A stretch of DNA of 64,000 bases from Eledone cirrhosa (GCA_964016885.1 OZ024759.1:18662001-18726000); one strand, 5' to 3'. Counted from the first letter of the stretch, positions 1 through 13,461 are shown. Numbers and translations: made by a program. The notes: a model not told the origin generated them from the sequence alone.

Positions 1-40
<40 letters not shown>

Positions 41-736
41 CGTGTGTGTGTGTGCATGTGTGTGTGTGTGTGTGCGTGCGTGTGTGTGTGTGCATGTGTG
101 TGTGTGCGTGCGTGCGTATGGCGTCGATACAGATATGTAATATCGGTTAAAATATATGCCTGGCGAGTATTTATGTGCTTGTGTTCGACACTACGACCCA
201 ATAGGATAAAGATAAAGCTACCGCAAAAGAACATTAGAGCGGTTAATATTCCCTTGCATATATGTAGAAATGATTTGAAAGAGTATATATTTACGCTGGA
301 TGGCTTGGCTTCGAAGTAACCAACGCCGATATTAGAATATTATTCATGGACGTAGGCGGAGAATTCGTCCTTCATTTACGGTTAAAGGCTGGCTGTATAT
401 TATCATTTAAACGGTCATCCAGAAGAATTTTAACATTCAGATTTCCAGATCGGTTTATTCGCAATTATTGATAATGGAATCAGTTGCTGTAATATATTTG
501 TGGGTGTCTATGTATGTATCTGTATATGTATGAATGTATATATGTTTGTATGAATGTATATATGTTTGTATGAATGTATATATGTTTGTATGAATAAATA
601 TATGTTGCATGTGTCTATGTCTATGCGTATATGTCTATGTCTATTCATCTATACAACCATTTATATGATTCTCTTCTTTTTCTTACAAGCTCTCAGTTCA
701 GCCCAATCTTTCTACACATGTATATAAATATATATA

Positions 737-1130
737 TGATAATAATGGAGCTGCGGCGCTGCAAATGGGTTACATATGAAAAAGTTTGTCCTCATCAGTG
801 GCCTTCCAACCGTCGTAGGCATTTCGTCGCATTAAAGGCCATATACCTCAGGTTGGTGGGAGCAACGGCTAAAAAAAGTCGTTGGGACACGTAAATAAAG
901 GGGACGCTAGGGTAAACAGACAAAATGGTTTAAGCAGCAGAAAGTGATGAAGAAGAAACAAGTCCCAGATTTCTATGAATATAAATTCGGTGGAATCGTG
1001 AACGAGAGAATAAAGACCATCAAACCTGGTTGAAATGTGAGCAAGGAAGGAATTTCGCACAGGTCTAACGGGAGGAAGAAGGGGTCTGGTCTGCGAATTC
1101 GGTAAATATAAGTTCTGTGAAGTCGCAGAC
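737..1130 (-). mobile_element. TA-flanked island, probable PLE 3'-end fragment related to 60447-60630
   Basis: Minus strand tttaatgcgacGAAAtgcctacgacggttggaaggccaCTGATGAggac...ccattattatca aligns by eye with tttaatgcaatGAAAtatctatgatcgtcggcaaatcaCTGATGAgggac...ccattttatca at about 60.5 kb. Both end at TA-rich sequence. Confidence 0.5.
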
Positions 1131-1165
1131 TATATATATATATGTGTGTGTGTGTGTGTATACGC

Positions 1166-1206
<41 letters not shown>

Positions 1207-1263
1207 TGTATACATATATATATATATATACATATATATATATGTATACATATATATATATCT

Positions 1264-1311
<48 letters not shown>

Positions 1312-1409
1312 GTATACATATATATATATATATACATATATATATATGTATACATATATATATATATATATAAACATATATATATATGAATGTATATATA
1401 TATGTATAC

Positions 1410-1444
<35 letters not shown>

Positions 1445-1477
1445 TGTATACATATATATATGTATACATATATATAC

Positions 1478-1508
<31 letters not shown>

Positions 1509-1809
1509 CATATATATGTATATATGTACACACATATATATATATACATATATATGTATATATATACACACATATATATACATATATATGTATATATATA
1601 CACACACATATATATATACATATATATGTATATATATACACACACATATATATATATACATATATATGTATATATATATACACACACATATATATATATA
1701 CATATATATGTATATATATATACACACACATATATATATATATACATATATATGTATATAGATATACACACACACATATATATATATGCATATATATGTA
1801 TATAGATAT

Positions 1810-1862
<53 letters not shown>

Positions 1863-2009
1863 TATGTATATATATATACACACATATATATATACACATA
1901 TATATGTATATAGATGTATATACACATATATATATACACATATATATATATATATACATATATATACACACACATATATATATATACATATATATATATA
2001 CACACACAC

Positions 2010-2094
<85 letters not shown>

Positions 2095-2219
2095 CATATA
2101 TATATACATATATATATATACACATATATACATATATATATATACACATATAAACATATATATATATACACATATATATATATATATACACATATACATA
2201 TATATGTATATATATATAT

Positions 2220-2260
<41 letters not shown>
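1131..2260. repeat. Interrupted (TA)n array, representative of many (about 4699-6120, 6400-7243, 13420-14400, 14800-15792, 20900-22270, 32370-33610, 34095-35458, 41846-43190, 49330-50268, 54670-56600)
   Basis: Direct inspection. Each array has its own periodic interruption (CA, TG, AA, GC, TT). Confidence 0.98.
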
Positions 2261-2261
<1 letters not shown>

Positions 2262-2382
2262 CGGCGATGAATTAGTTTTGCGAGGTTTTTTATATGAAAT
2301 CGTGTGTCGAAACAGATATTGTTATATTTGGGGAGGGTCATATTTGCGTAATATTGCCAGAATTAATAACAGAACACACTCA

Positions 2383-4176
2383 ATGGTTATACGCCCCATA
2401 ATCAAGATGTCCCCAGATGTATGTGAAAGTACAGAGGACCTCCTCAGCAGAATCAGTGAGTGCAACAAAAACAGGAGCCTATCCAACTGCATAATAGGCA
2501 GCATGGATGTGGTGTCACTGTACCCATCCATTAACATTGATTTTGCTGTGAAAAGATGCGTGGAGTTGATCATTGAGAGTGAGGTGGAGTTCTGCGACGT
2601 CGACACAGACGAACTGGGCCTCCTACTTAGACTTACCTACGACACTGACTACCTAGACAGCCATGACCTTAGATGTTTCTGCCCTAGTAGACCTATAAGA
2701 GGTAGACCCCCCACCATAACCTCAATGGCTAAAAAGACTCCCATAGGAAGGTGGATTGGGTGGACCAAAGCTATACGGACCCCCCAAAACACTGATCAGG
2801 TAAGAAAAATGGTCGCACATGCAATAGGGGCTAGTATCAAAACTACCCTAAAGGGCCACATATTTAAGTTCAATGAGAAAATCTACACCCAAAATGAGGG
2901 AGCAGCCATCGGCGTCAGCATAGCTGGCGATGTTGCCAACCTTTTCATGGTATGGTGGGAAAGGAGACTTAAAGATCTCCTTAATGAAAGCTCCATAGAC
3001 CTCATCATGTACTCTCGTTATGTAGACGATATCAATATAGTTATAAGAACACCCCCACTAGAGAGCACTAACAAGTTTGATTTAGAACGTAGCACGATGG
3101 AAAGCATCCAGCAGATAGCTAATTCCATACACCAGAGTATAACTGTAACTATAGACTTCCCTTCCAAACACCCTAACAATAGACTACCTGTATTAGACAC
3201 AGAACTCTGGATTAACACTATAGACGAGAGAGCCCAAATTCTCCACTCACACTATGCTAAACCCATGGCCTCCAAATACCTGATACTCAAAAACTCAGCA
3301 ATGTCCAGTAGTGCTAAGTTTAATATTCTGATCGCAGATTTGGTACGAGTGATGAAGAATGTGTCCAGCATGTGCGACCCAACAGAAATGGAAGGACACA
3401 TCCAACACTTCATCAACCGCATGCAATTCTCTGGCTACAACCAAAGAGACAGAGTCAGAGTATACGAAGGAGCCATGGAAAAGTATAAGACCCTCATAGA
3501 ACTGGACATGAAAGGAATTTGCCCACTATACAGGAGCAAATCATGGAATAGCTTAGATAGGGCTAGACATAAGATAGGGAAGGCCACATCATGGTACGAC
3601 AACCAGAGATATCAGAGTGTCATGTTTGTGGACGCCACCCCTGGAGGGAAATTAGCTAACCAGTGTAGAAAGGCCCTGAGAAAGACCCACTTAAAAATAA
3701 AGGTGGTAGAAAAGCCAGGAACCACCATAAAATCCCTGATCAGCAAAACCTACCCTTTTAAGAAAACCCACTGTACCAATAGGAAATGTATCATATGTAA
3801 GGTGAACCCCCGGATAAACTGTAAAACTAGAAACGTAGTCTATAGCATAAGATGTACAGAGGGTACTTGCAGAAACACGACAACAACATACATAGGTGAG
3901 ACAGCTCGTAGCATAGGTGAAAGGATAGACCAACACTGGGGGGAACTAAAAGGACGAAAAAACGGGTCAGTACTATACGAACATGCTAGACAACATCATG
4001 ACGGTAACATAGACAACATAGAAATTAGAATAATATCTAAACATAGGAATGACCCAGCAGATAGGCAAATCAGAGAGGCCAGTGAAATAGAAATTAGAAG
4101 ACCAAAGCTAAACAGAAAGAATGAGTGGAACAACAACAACACCCAAACAAACAACACTGACCTAAGAGAAGTATAA
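2383..4176 (+). CDS. Penelope-like retroelement protein (reverse transcriptase + C-terminal GIY-YIG endonuclease), 5'-truncated, 597 aa from first in-frame ATG
   Basis: RT motif [15 protein letters not shown], motif [23 protein letters not shown], motif C YSRYVDD (about 3010-3030), LPVLD thumb region. Cys-rich linker [15 protein letters not shown] signature NVVYSIRC...[16 protein letters not shown]...EH...RQIREASEI...PKLN. No stops or frameshifts. N-terminal RT motifs are missing. The track's extension back to 1786 is microsatellite plus the inverted arm. Confidence 0.95.
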   Translation: MVIRPIIKMSPDVCESTEDLLSRISECNKNRSLSNCIIGSMDVVSLYPSINIDFAVKRCVELIIESEVEFCDVDTDELGLLLRLTYDTDYLDSHDLRCFCPSRPIRGRPPTITSMAKKTPIGRWIGWTKAIRTPQNTDQVRKMVAHAIGASIKTTLKGHIFKFNEKIYTQNEGAAIGVSIAGDVANLFMVWWERRLKDLLNESSIDLIMYSRYVDDINIVIRTPPLESTNKFDLERSTMESIQQIANSIHQSITVTIDFPSKHPNNRLPVLDTELWINTIDERAQILHSHYAKPMASKYLILKNSAMSSSAKFNILIADLVRVMKNVSSMCDPTEMEGHIQHFINRMQFSGYNQRDRVRVYEGAMEKYKTLIELDMKGICPLYRSKSWNSLDRARHKIGKATSWYDNQRYQSVMFVDATPGGKLANQCRKALRKTHLKIKVVEKPGTTIKSLISKTYPFKKTHCTNRKCIICKVNPRINCKTRNVVYSIRCTEGTCRNTTTTYIGETARSIGERIDQHWGELKGRKNGSVLYEHARQHHDGNIDNIEIRIISKHRNDPADRQIREASEIEIRRPKLNRKNEWNNNNTQTNNTDLREV

Positions 4177-4442
4177 ATAAATAAGTAAATTAAATTAAAT
4201 AAAATAAGATAAATAAATACATACACAAGCACATAAACACACACCAGTCACCCAGCAGACACAACACTATCCACACTAGTCACACATCACACATAACACT
4301 ATACACACACGCAAACGCATGCGCAAAGAAGACAAAATAAAATAAGATAAACAAACAAGCAAATAAATAAATAAATATATAGACAGACTGAACAAAAAAA
4401 AATGGCGTAGACATACAACACAACAGGAGGAACAATGAATAT

Positions 4443-4506
4443 AACACCACTGACGATGTTGCAGATGTGCAACGAAAGATTTATGTAAACTATATATATA
4501 TGTGTT
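4443..4506 (+). ncRNA. Hammerhead ribozyme-like motif (type I) in the PLE 3' region
   Basis: CTGACGA (4450-4456), T, stem II GTTGCA-gatg-TGCAAC, GAAA (4474-4477), stem III G-a-TTTA-tg-TAAA-C, then TA. Stem I pairing (aacac/gtgtt) is displaced by a short TA run, so it may be inactive. Confidence 0.6.
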
Positions 4507-4902
4507 TGTCTATATTGTATCTGTATTATTTTTGACCGCCGGTCAGTCAATGGCAACATTGAGGACCGAGTAAGTTAGATCGCAGATATATATATATAAA
4601 AGACAGCGAGAAGCGAAAACCAACCAAACAGTGAGTGTGTTCTGTTATTAATTCTGGCAATATTACGCAAATATGACCCTCCCCAAATATAACAATATAT
4701 ATATATATATATACATATATACGCATATATATATTTATATATATTTATATATATATATATATATACACATATATATATATATATATGTATACATATATAT
4801 ATATATATATATACACATATATATATATATATGTATACATATATATATATATATATATGTGTGTGTATATATATATATATATGTATACATATATATGTAT
4901 AC

Positions 4903-5020
<118 letters not shown>

Positions 5021-5102
5021 AGATATATATGTATATATATATGTATACATATATATATATATATATATATATGTATACACATATATATATATATATGTAT
5101 AC

Positions 5103-5134
<32 letters not shown>

Positions 5135-5304
5135 ATATATATATATGTATACATATATATGTATACATATATATATATATGTATAGATATATATGTATAC
5201 ATATATATATATATGTATATGTATATACACATATGTATATATATATATGTATATGTATATACACATATGTATATATATATATGTTTATATATATAAATAT
5301 ATGT

Positions 5305-5338
<34 letters not shown>

Positions 5339-5511
5339 GTATATATATGTATAGGCTTATATGTATATATATATGTATATATTTATATATGTATATGCTT
5401 ATATATATATATATGTGTGTGTGTATGTATATATATATATACTTATATATATATATATATGTGTGTATGTATATATATATATATATGCTTATATATATAT
5501 ATGTGTGTATG

Positions 5512-5544
<33 letters not shown>

Positions 5545-5731
5545 ATATATGTGTGTATATATATATATGTGTGTATATGTATGTTTATATATATATAAAT
5601 ATATATGTGTGCATATATGTGTGTATATATATGCATATGTATACATATATATATATATATATGTGAATATATATGAATATGTATACATATATATATTTGT
5701 ATATATATGTGAGTATATATATATATACATA

Positions 5732-5809
<78 letters not shown>

Positions 5810-5814
5810 TATAC

Positions 5815-5848
<34 letters not shown>

Positions 5849-5988
5849 ATATATATATATGAATATGTATACATATATATATTTGTATATATATGTGAGT
5901 ATATATATATATATACATATATATGTATATATATATATATATATATACATATATATACATATATATATATACATATACATATACATAT

Positions 5989-6055
<67 letters not shown>

Positions 6056-6395
6056 GATTATTGAATATATATATGTATTTATATATATAGATTATTGAAT
6101 ATATATATATATATATGTTTGTATGTGTGTGTATAAGTGTGCTAAACCTTGTATATGTCGATGTCCCACTAATAGCAACGCAGAACGAAACATGAGATTA
6201 AAAGGGTCTTCCCACCGTTAAACATTATGCACTGATTTGATTACTATCAATTATAGACCGTTTAAACATACCGTAGTTTCCTCCTATATATCAAATTTGG
6301 TGTTTGTAAAATGACTGCAGCCTTTTAGGTCAATTGTATCTTATCACTGTATGCCCTCTTATTTCTCCTTTCGCCTCTATATGCATACACACACT

Positions 6396-6476
<81 letters not shown>

Positions 6477-6509
6477 TTATATATATATACATATTTATAT
6501 ATATATACA

Positions 6510-6550
<41 letters not shown>

Positions 6551-6683
6551 TTATATATATATACATATTTATATATATATATATATATACATATTTATAT
6601 ATATATACATATTTATATATATATATATATATACATATTTATATATATATATATATATACATATTTATATATATATACATATT

Positions 6684-6764
<81 letters not shown>

Positions 6765-6789
6765 TTATATATATATATATATATATACA

Positions 6790-7035
<246 letters not shown>

Positions 7036-7048
7036 CATATATATATAC

Positions 7049-7244
<196 letters not shown>

Positions 7245-7468
7245 TCGGCAGTGGTTCTTCTGTCTTTCACCAATAGATTTTTATTTACGTAACACGACAA
7301 AACATAAACATGAGAAGAAAATATCTAAATTGATTTAAAGTATTGAAAATAAACCTAGTGCCGTCGCTCACAATCAAGTATGACTTGGTATCATGTACTA
7401 TGATCCTTCTAAGGGTTTTAGTTGCCCATGTAGTCGTAGCTATAATACACTATATTTATATGTATATA

Positions 7469-7887
7469 CAGGGTGTCCTCCAAAAAATGAAAAAATGCTT
7501 AAAAAATGCATTAAAATAAATTCTGTTTTATATACATTATTTAAATATTAAAGGGCGGTGAATTGGCAGTATCGGTAGAGGGTTGGACGCCATGCTTTCT
7601 AGCATAGTTACGTCCCTTTACAGTCTGAGTTCAAATCTCGCCGAGGTTAACTTTGCCTTTCATCCTTACGGGGTCGATAAAATAAAGTACCAGTAATGTA
7701 CTGGGTATTTGCTGGCCTTGTGCCAAAAGTAGAAACAATTATTTAAATAATGTAAACATTTTTTCGTTTTTACATACAGTTGAATTATGTCTGTAGATCA
7801 CTTTGTTTTTGGGAAAGGCTGTGTATTCTAATAAATGTGGCCTGCACAGGAAATCAAAGCGTTTGTACATTTTGGAAGGATATCCTG
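7469..7887. mobile_element. Tc1/mariner-type MITE with nested SINE
   Basis: Imperfect TIRs CAGGGTGTCCTCCAAAA / TTTTGGAAGGATATCCTG, each flanked by TA. Confidence 0.7.
7553..7743 (+). mobile_element. tRNA-derived SINE with Meta-domain-like core
   Basis: A-box-like TGGCAGTATCGGT, B-box GAGTTCAAATC, core GCCTTTCATCCTTACGGGGTCGATAAAATAAAGTACCAG, tail GGCCTTGTGCCAAAAGTAGAAACAATTATT. Many copies in the window. Confidence 0.85.
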
Positions 7888-7892
7888 TATAT

Positions 7893-7934
<42 letters not shown>

Positions 7935-7938
<4 letters not shown>

Positions 7939-8354
7939 GTTAAACATGGTTCAATGAATAAATCAATGAATAAAGTTTTACAATGGGTTAGAAGCACTCC
8001 ACTATTATGATTTTCCGGAGTTACTAATATTAATTCAAAATATTAACACAAATAGACATTCGTGTGATCAAGTATATTTTACTATACATATTTCAGAGGT
8101 ACTGAGCTATCTTCAACAGTACGTCCTCATCAGATAAAATAAGATGATACATGACATACCTTGACTAAGTAGATGGTTAAAATTCAGTCATGGATGAATT
8201 TTAACCATCTACTTAGTCTAGGTATGTCATGCATCATCTTATTTTATCTGATGAGGACGTACTGTTGAAGATAGCTCAGTACCTCTGAAATATGTATAGT
8301 AAAATATACTTGATCACACGAATGTCTATTTTTGTTAATATTTTGAATTAATAT
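7935..8354. mobile_element. Asymmetric palindromic PLE-like remnant with an HHR on each arm
   Basis: Arms 8027-8190 and 8191-8354 are near-perfect inverted copies. The left side extends about 90 bp further. TA arrays on both sides. Confidence 0.85.
8240..8306 (+). ncRNA. Type I hammerhead ribozyme (mirror copy on minus strand 8075-8141)
   Basis: Stem I TATTTTAT/GTAAAATA, CTGATGA 8248-8254, stem II containing GTACTG...CAGTAC, GAAA 8287-8290, short quasi-palindromic stem III TATGTA, UH=TA with predicted cleavage after 8298. Confidence 0.8.
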
Positions 8355-8411
8355 ATATATATATATATACAATATTAAATAAATGGAAATTATATTTATA
8401 AAACCATATTT

Positions 8412-8475
8412 ATTTCATTATATATATTTCAGGGATATCATATTAACAATATGCTATGCCTTCCTCAGACAAATT
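8412..8475 (-). ncRNA. Type I hammerhead ribozyme in a diverged relative of the 10.6 kb family (element about 8369-8530)
   Basis: Minus strand atttgt-CTGAGGA-AGGcATAgCATATTgttAATATGaTATcCCT-GAAA-TATATA-TA-atgaaat. Flanking 8369-8430 matches 10566-10630. Confidence 0.7.
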
Positions 8476-9055
8476 ACAATATAAACAGTTTTATAGATAA
8501 ATAGATTCGACATACCGTAACAACATCTACTTGCATTTGAGAAGGTTGATTTGGTAGTGACAAAATTGTACACAGAGAGAAAGAAAGAGAGAGAGAAAGA
8601 GAGAAAAAGAGAGAAAAAAGGAAAGAAAGACAGAAAACGAAGAAAAAGAAAAAGAAGAAATGCATGGAACAAAATAGAGAGATGGAAAGATAGATAAAGA
8701 GAAGAACTTCATGTAAAGAAACAGAAAGAGATATATATATAGAGAGAGAGAGGAAATAGAGATAGATACATATATATAGAAAGCTAGGTAGTGGGGCGTC
8801 TGTTGAATAACGTATCAATGATACATTTATTTATTTATTTAGCTCTAGTATTAATGTAAGGGAGATATATGGAGGGAAAACCAGCTGTTATATAGGGAGA
8901 GAAAAAATATAGAGAGAGAAAAAAAAAAGAGAGAGAAAAAATTCAAAAATATCCAGACACAGGCGAGGCGTAATATACTCCAAATATTTGTCGAGTGCTT
9001 TTATATCAATTATAAATATTTACTAGTTGTAACCCAACAATTTAAATATAACTTT

Positions 9056-9124
<69 letters not shown>

Positions 9125-9205
9125 AAAGGTAAACAGAAACAACACAAACGGAACTGTATATGGAAGGAATATATTAGGTTAACGCTTGAAATAGTAGGAA
9201 GAGGG

Positions 9206-9241
9206 TCTTAACGTTTCGGACGTTAGTCCTTCATCAGAAGA
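9206..9241 (-). ncRNA. Minimal type I hammerhead ribozyme (PLE-type), in a 3'-end fragment at about 9122-9250
   Basis: Minus strand TCTT-CTGATGA-A-GGAC-taac-GTCC-GAAA-CG-TT-AAGA, followed by a tail running into microsatellite. Confidence 0.8.
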
Positions 9242-9411
9242 AAGAATGAGAAACTTTAAAGATTGACGGGATTTCGCGGGGCGGAATCGGAAAAATGTTC
9301 TTAGAGAAAAATAACAGGTCTATTCATATTGCCGTATCTTGGACGTCGCAAATCACGTTGCCCGACTCTCTACCGAAACAGCCAATCTAACACCCTTGAT
9401 ATGCTGTAGAC

Positions 9412-9728
9412 CAGGGGTTCTCAACTTTTTTTTCGCTGTGGACCACCAAAATAAGTAATTTTTTCTTGTGGACCACCCAAACTTTTAAATCTTTTGTAAT
9501 AGAACTGCTACTTATAAGCATCAATAGATGTTTTTTTTTCAATGAATTAGAAAATGCTATTATCATGTCGCAGTGCCTAAAAATCTACGCAAATAAACAG
9601 CTGAAGTCGTATTTATGCGAAGAATAAGAACAGCGCTTTAAGTCAAATGCATGGATCAAAAAAAAATTTGCTATTGAATTTTCCTGTGGACCACTAGTGG
9701 TCCACATGGACCAGGCTGAGAACCGCTG
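9412..9728. mobile_element. hAT (Charlie-like) MITE
   Basis: TIRs CAGGGGTTCTCAAC / GCTGAGAACCGCTG with a perfect 8-bp TSD CTGTAGAC (9404-9411, 9729-9736) and subterminal GTGGACCA repeats. Confidence 0.93.
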
Positions 9729-10127
9729 CTGTAGACTATGACAAACAACAGCAACAAAACATTGTTGGTACTGGGGTGTAAAATATATTCACCGCCCGCC
9801 CCCCGCCCCCACACACACACACTCCTCCTCTCTTTCTTTCATTGCTTAATTTTTTTTTTGAGATATTTTTTTTTTTTTTTTTTTGTATGCTTCATTGGTA
9901 GTTTTATTAGCTTTTTCAGAAATACACATATCAATGTTTTGAGAAAATCAATTTTGTTTCATTCTTTAGAAATTCAATTACAAGACGTGCATAAGTTACA
10001 TTGAGAAAAGTTGCGCGATGACAAATTGAAGACAGCTGCAGCCAGTTAGAAAATACATATATAGGGAAGGTGTACGAAATCTCAGTACATTTGGAAACCA
10101 TTGTTGTATATGTATATATAAATCTAC

Positions 10128-10164
<37 letters not shown>

Positions 10165-10168
10165 AATC

Positions 10169-10203
<35 letters not shown>

Positions 10204-10204
10204 C

Positions 10205-10243
<39 letters not shown>

Positions 10244-10247
10244 CTAC

Positions 10248-10284
<37 letters not shown>

Positions 10285-10341
10285 GATTTATATATATATA
10301 TATATGTAGATTTATATATATATATATATATATATATGTAG

Positions 10342-10403
<62 letters not shown>

Positions 10404-10407
10404 GTAG

Positions 10408-10458
<51 letters not shown>

Positions 10459-10470
10459 AATCTACAAATC

Positions 10471-10509
<39 letters not shown>

Positions 10510-10510
10510 C

Positions 10511-10552
<42 letters not shown>

Positions 10553-10565
10553 TATAATACATACA

Positions 10566-11007
10566 CAATGATATTAAATAAATGGAAACTATATTTATAA
10601 AACCATATTTATTTTATTATATATATTTCAAGGGTTCCAAGACAACATTGGTACGCTTTCATCAGATAAAATATAAAGTTTGTTTCATAAATAGAGACAT
10701 ATCCATGAAAATCATACCTTATCGGTTGGAAATTCTAAATTGACTATCCAGTGAATATCCAACCGATAAGGTATGATTTTCATGGGTATGTCTCTATTTA
10801 TAAAACAAACTTTGTATTTTATCTGATGAAAGCGTACCAATGTTGTCTTGGTTACCCTTCAAACATATATAATAAAATAAATATGGTTTTATAAATATAG
10901 TTTCCATTTATTTAATATCATTGAATATTTACTCCACCATTATGTTGAGTGCTCTAAATCAGTTATATTTGTCGGACTTCCAACAAATTAAATACCCCTT
11001 CTACTTT
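10566..11007. mobile_element. Asymmetric palindromic PLE-like remnant with HHRs
   Basis: Arms 10566-10730 and 10758-10923, right tail to about 11007, then (TA)n. Minus-strand HHR 10610-10673 has an intact core (TATTTTAT-CTGATGA...GAAA-TATATA-TA-ATAAAATA). The plus copy (CTGATGA 10823-10829) has GAAA mutated to CAAA. Confidence 0.85.
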
Positions 11008-11133
11008 ATATATATATATATATATATAAATATATATATATAAATATATATAAACATACATATATATATATATATAAATAAATATATATAAACATACATA
11101 TATATATATATATACATACAATACACACACACA

Positions 11134-11174
<41 letters not shown>

Positions 11175-11258
11175 ATACATGTATATATACACATACAATA
11201 CACACACACAGACATATATATATATATATAAACATACATATATATACACACATACATT

Positions 11259-11295
<37 letters not shown>

Positions 11296-11774
11296 CCTAC
11301 ACACATATATATATATATATATTTACATATTTCTGTCGTTCATCATTTCCATTCCTGTATTTAGTACAAATTAATATCAAAGTATTCCTGTATTTAGTAC
11401 AACATTCCTGTATTTAATACAAATTAATATCAAAGTAAAAGGTTATATGCTGGAGGTTAGACCACAAATAATCCATTTGACACACACAAATGTATGTATG
11501 TGCGTGTCTCTCTCTCTGTCTCTATGTCTGTGTGCGTGCGTCAGATATGTGTGTATGTAGAATTTGAATGTGTTTTGGCAGATACATACAAACTCGCATA
11601 TCTGATATATGGCAAGAAAGCGTCAGGCTCCAGTCACTATGATTGTATTCTGAGCTGATCGATATTAAAACGATTGTAATATACAAATATGATTGTAATA
11701 TACCAATATGATTGTTATATATGTGGTGCAATATTACCTTCGATCTTACTTATATATATATATATATATATATA

Positions 11775-11998
11775 TAGGAACAAGTATAACCCCGACGGCA
11801 GAGCTCAAGCTATTTCCATGGCTATTTCTGAACTATATAAAAACAATTTTTTTTTTTTCAGTCCACAAATAGCCGTTGAAACGGCTTAAGCTCTGCCGTC
11901 GGGGTCATACTTGTTCCTATTACCCACTCCACTACCCTAAGTATTGAGTACTTTGGTGCGTTATGGTTCATCTGGTTCCTTACCACAATTCCTTCGTT
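11775..11998. mobile_element. Asymmetric palindromic remnant, family also at 16321, 61357 and 63292
   Basis: Inverted arms around a TATA/T-rich spacer plus tail TACCCACTCC...GAGTACTTTGG...CCTTCGTT. (TA)n on both sides. Confidence 0.8.
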
Positions 11999-12011
11999 AT
12001 ATATATATATA

Positions 12012-12225
12012 TAAGGAACGATCGACTTTCGTTCAATCGGTCCGAGGAAACAATGTTTCCATTGGTCTTTCCAATTGCTAATACTATCTATCGGTCGCAA
12101 CTCCAGGTAGAAGGAGCAACGTGAAATAAAGTGTCTTGCTCAAGGACATAACGCATCAGCCGATCCAGGAATTGAACTCACAACCTCACGATTGTGAATC
12201 CAATTCTCTAACCACTCAGCCACAT
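12012..12225 (-). mobile_element. Second tRNA-derived SINE family (related copies at about 26090-26345 + and 40840-41230 +)
   Basis: Minus strand GTGGCTGAGTGGTTAGAG...GAGTTCAATTCC...GTCCTTGAGCAAGACACTTTATTTCAC, that is A/B boxes plus a common SINE core. Confidence 0.75.
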
Positions 12226-13163
12226 AAAACATTCACAAAGTATACAGCTAATATTCAATTCTTTATCAATTTAGAATCTTTTTCTCAAAGGCACATATAT
12301 ATACACTTCTTTTAAAAATATACCCATCTTTCTACCTTATTTCAAAGGTTATTATACATTCTATAATACTTGTTTACTCATTACTCTTACTCTATATCAC
12401 CTTGTAAAATCCTTCGTAAACATATACATTTTTTTTTACGCTAGATTATTCATCCTCAATTCATTAATCTTTTCTCCCTATCATCTAACTCTTTATTCTC
12501 AATACATATTAACATTTTCTTTTTCTTCGCACATATTATCAAATCCTTCAATATACAAACCTTAACTTTACATTATTTTTCTCTTCGTTAATTTTCAAAT
12601 TTCTATAATACTTGTTGACTTTTTCTACATCACCCATATTTATCACTTCCTTTTCTTCTCTTCTAATATCTAACCCCTAATCTGTACCTTTTCTCACTCT
12701 TGCCTAACATAGAATCAATTATTACATAATACAACACATTCTTACTCTATATCACCTTATAAAAATCCTTCGTAAACATATATATTTTTTTTGACGTTAG
12801 AATATTCATCCGCAATTCATTATTCTTTTCTCCCTATCATCTAACTCATTATTCTCAATACATATTAACTCCTTCTCTTTCTTCGCACATATTTTTCTCT
12901 TCGTTAATTTTCAAATTCTTTTAATTTATACATTATCTTCCAACGGTTTTCAACCTCTCTATGTAAAACAATATATCTTTCTCAGTTATAAAAACTATCT
13001 CTCTCTCTCTATCACCCATCTCTCCTCCTATCTCATCCTTCCTCACTATACTCCTCCCTCTCCACCTTCACTCTCATCTCCTCCTCTTTTTTTCATCCTT
13101 TCCACCCCCCCTCTAAATAAAATACTTTTCCCAATATCACACTTCAATCTAAAACTACTTCTC

Positions 13164-13420
13164 ATATGTTGATTTAAAAGTGAACTATCCACAAGTGTTT
13201 TTTAGCCTTCATATCATGTCCTCCTGTTTTATCTGATGAAAACACAAATATTATTGCATGATGATATTTGTTTTTGAAATGCGCATAATAAAATACATGG
13301 AACTCCTTTAACCATCTTTTGTTCTTATATATTATGTATACTCCAGTCCTACAAACTGTAGAGTGTTTCTTATCCGATATCTGCATTGCTTTATTGTACT
13401 ACAATAAAACTCACCTCCTA
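13164..13420 (+). mobile_element. PLE-like 3' end with intact HHR and tail
   Basis: HHR 13225-13295: GTTTTAT-CTGATGA(13233-13239)-AAAcACAAATAT...ATATTTGTtTTT-GAAA(13276-13279)-TGCGCA-TA-ATAAAAT. Tail with ACTCC...GAGTGTT, then a TA-rich array. Second copy at 58555-58800. Confidence 0.85.
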
Positions 13421-13461
13421 CATATATATATATATATATATATAAATATATAAATATAAAT

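Larger units (their letters stand above)
2261..4698 (+). mobile_element. Penelope-like element with inverted pseudo-LTR termini, inserted in (TA)n
   Basis: 2316-2382 is the exact reverse complement of 4632-4698 (67 bp). The left arm carries 55 extra bp (2261-2315). Both ends abut TA-rich microsatellite arrays. Confidence 0.92.

Noticed and set aside
120-490. Possible decayed LINE RT C-terminal remnants here and at about 33700-33930
   Set aside because: Only faint resemblance (WNQL-like and NSFARLYNIP-like words), too weak to call without a search.
1786-2382. N-terminal 199 aa of the 796-aa ORF
   Set aside because: Microsatellite plus the antisense inverted arm, fortuitously in frame with the RT and not part of the PLE protein.
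7553-7650. tRNA genes at A/B-box motifs
   Set aside because: They do not form full cloverleaves and continue into SINE core and tail sequence.
12230-13160. Pyrimidine-rich region with an internal duplication of about 150 bp, upstream of the 13.2 kb HHR, as a PLE ORF remnant
   Set aside because: No recognisable RT or endonuclease motif in any frame that I could read.
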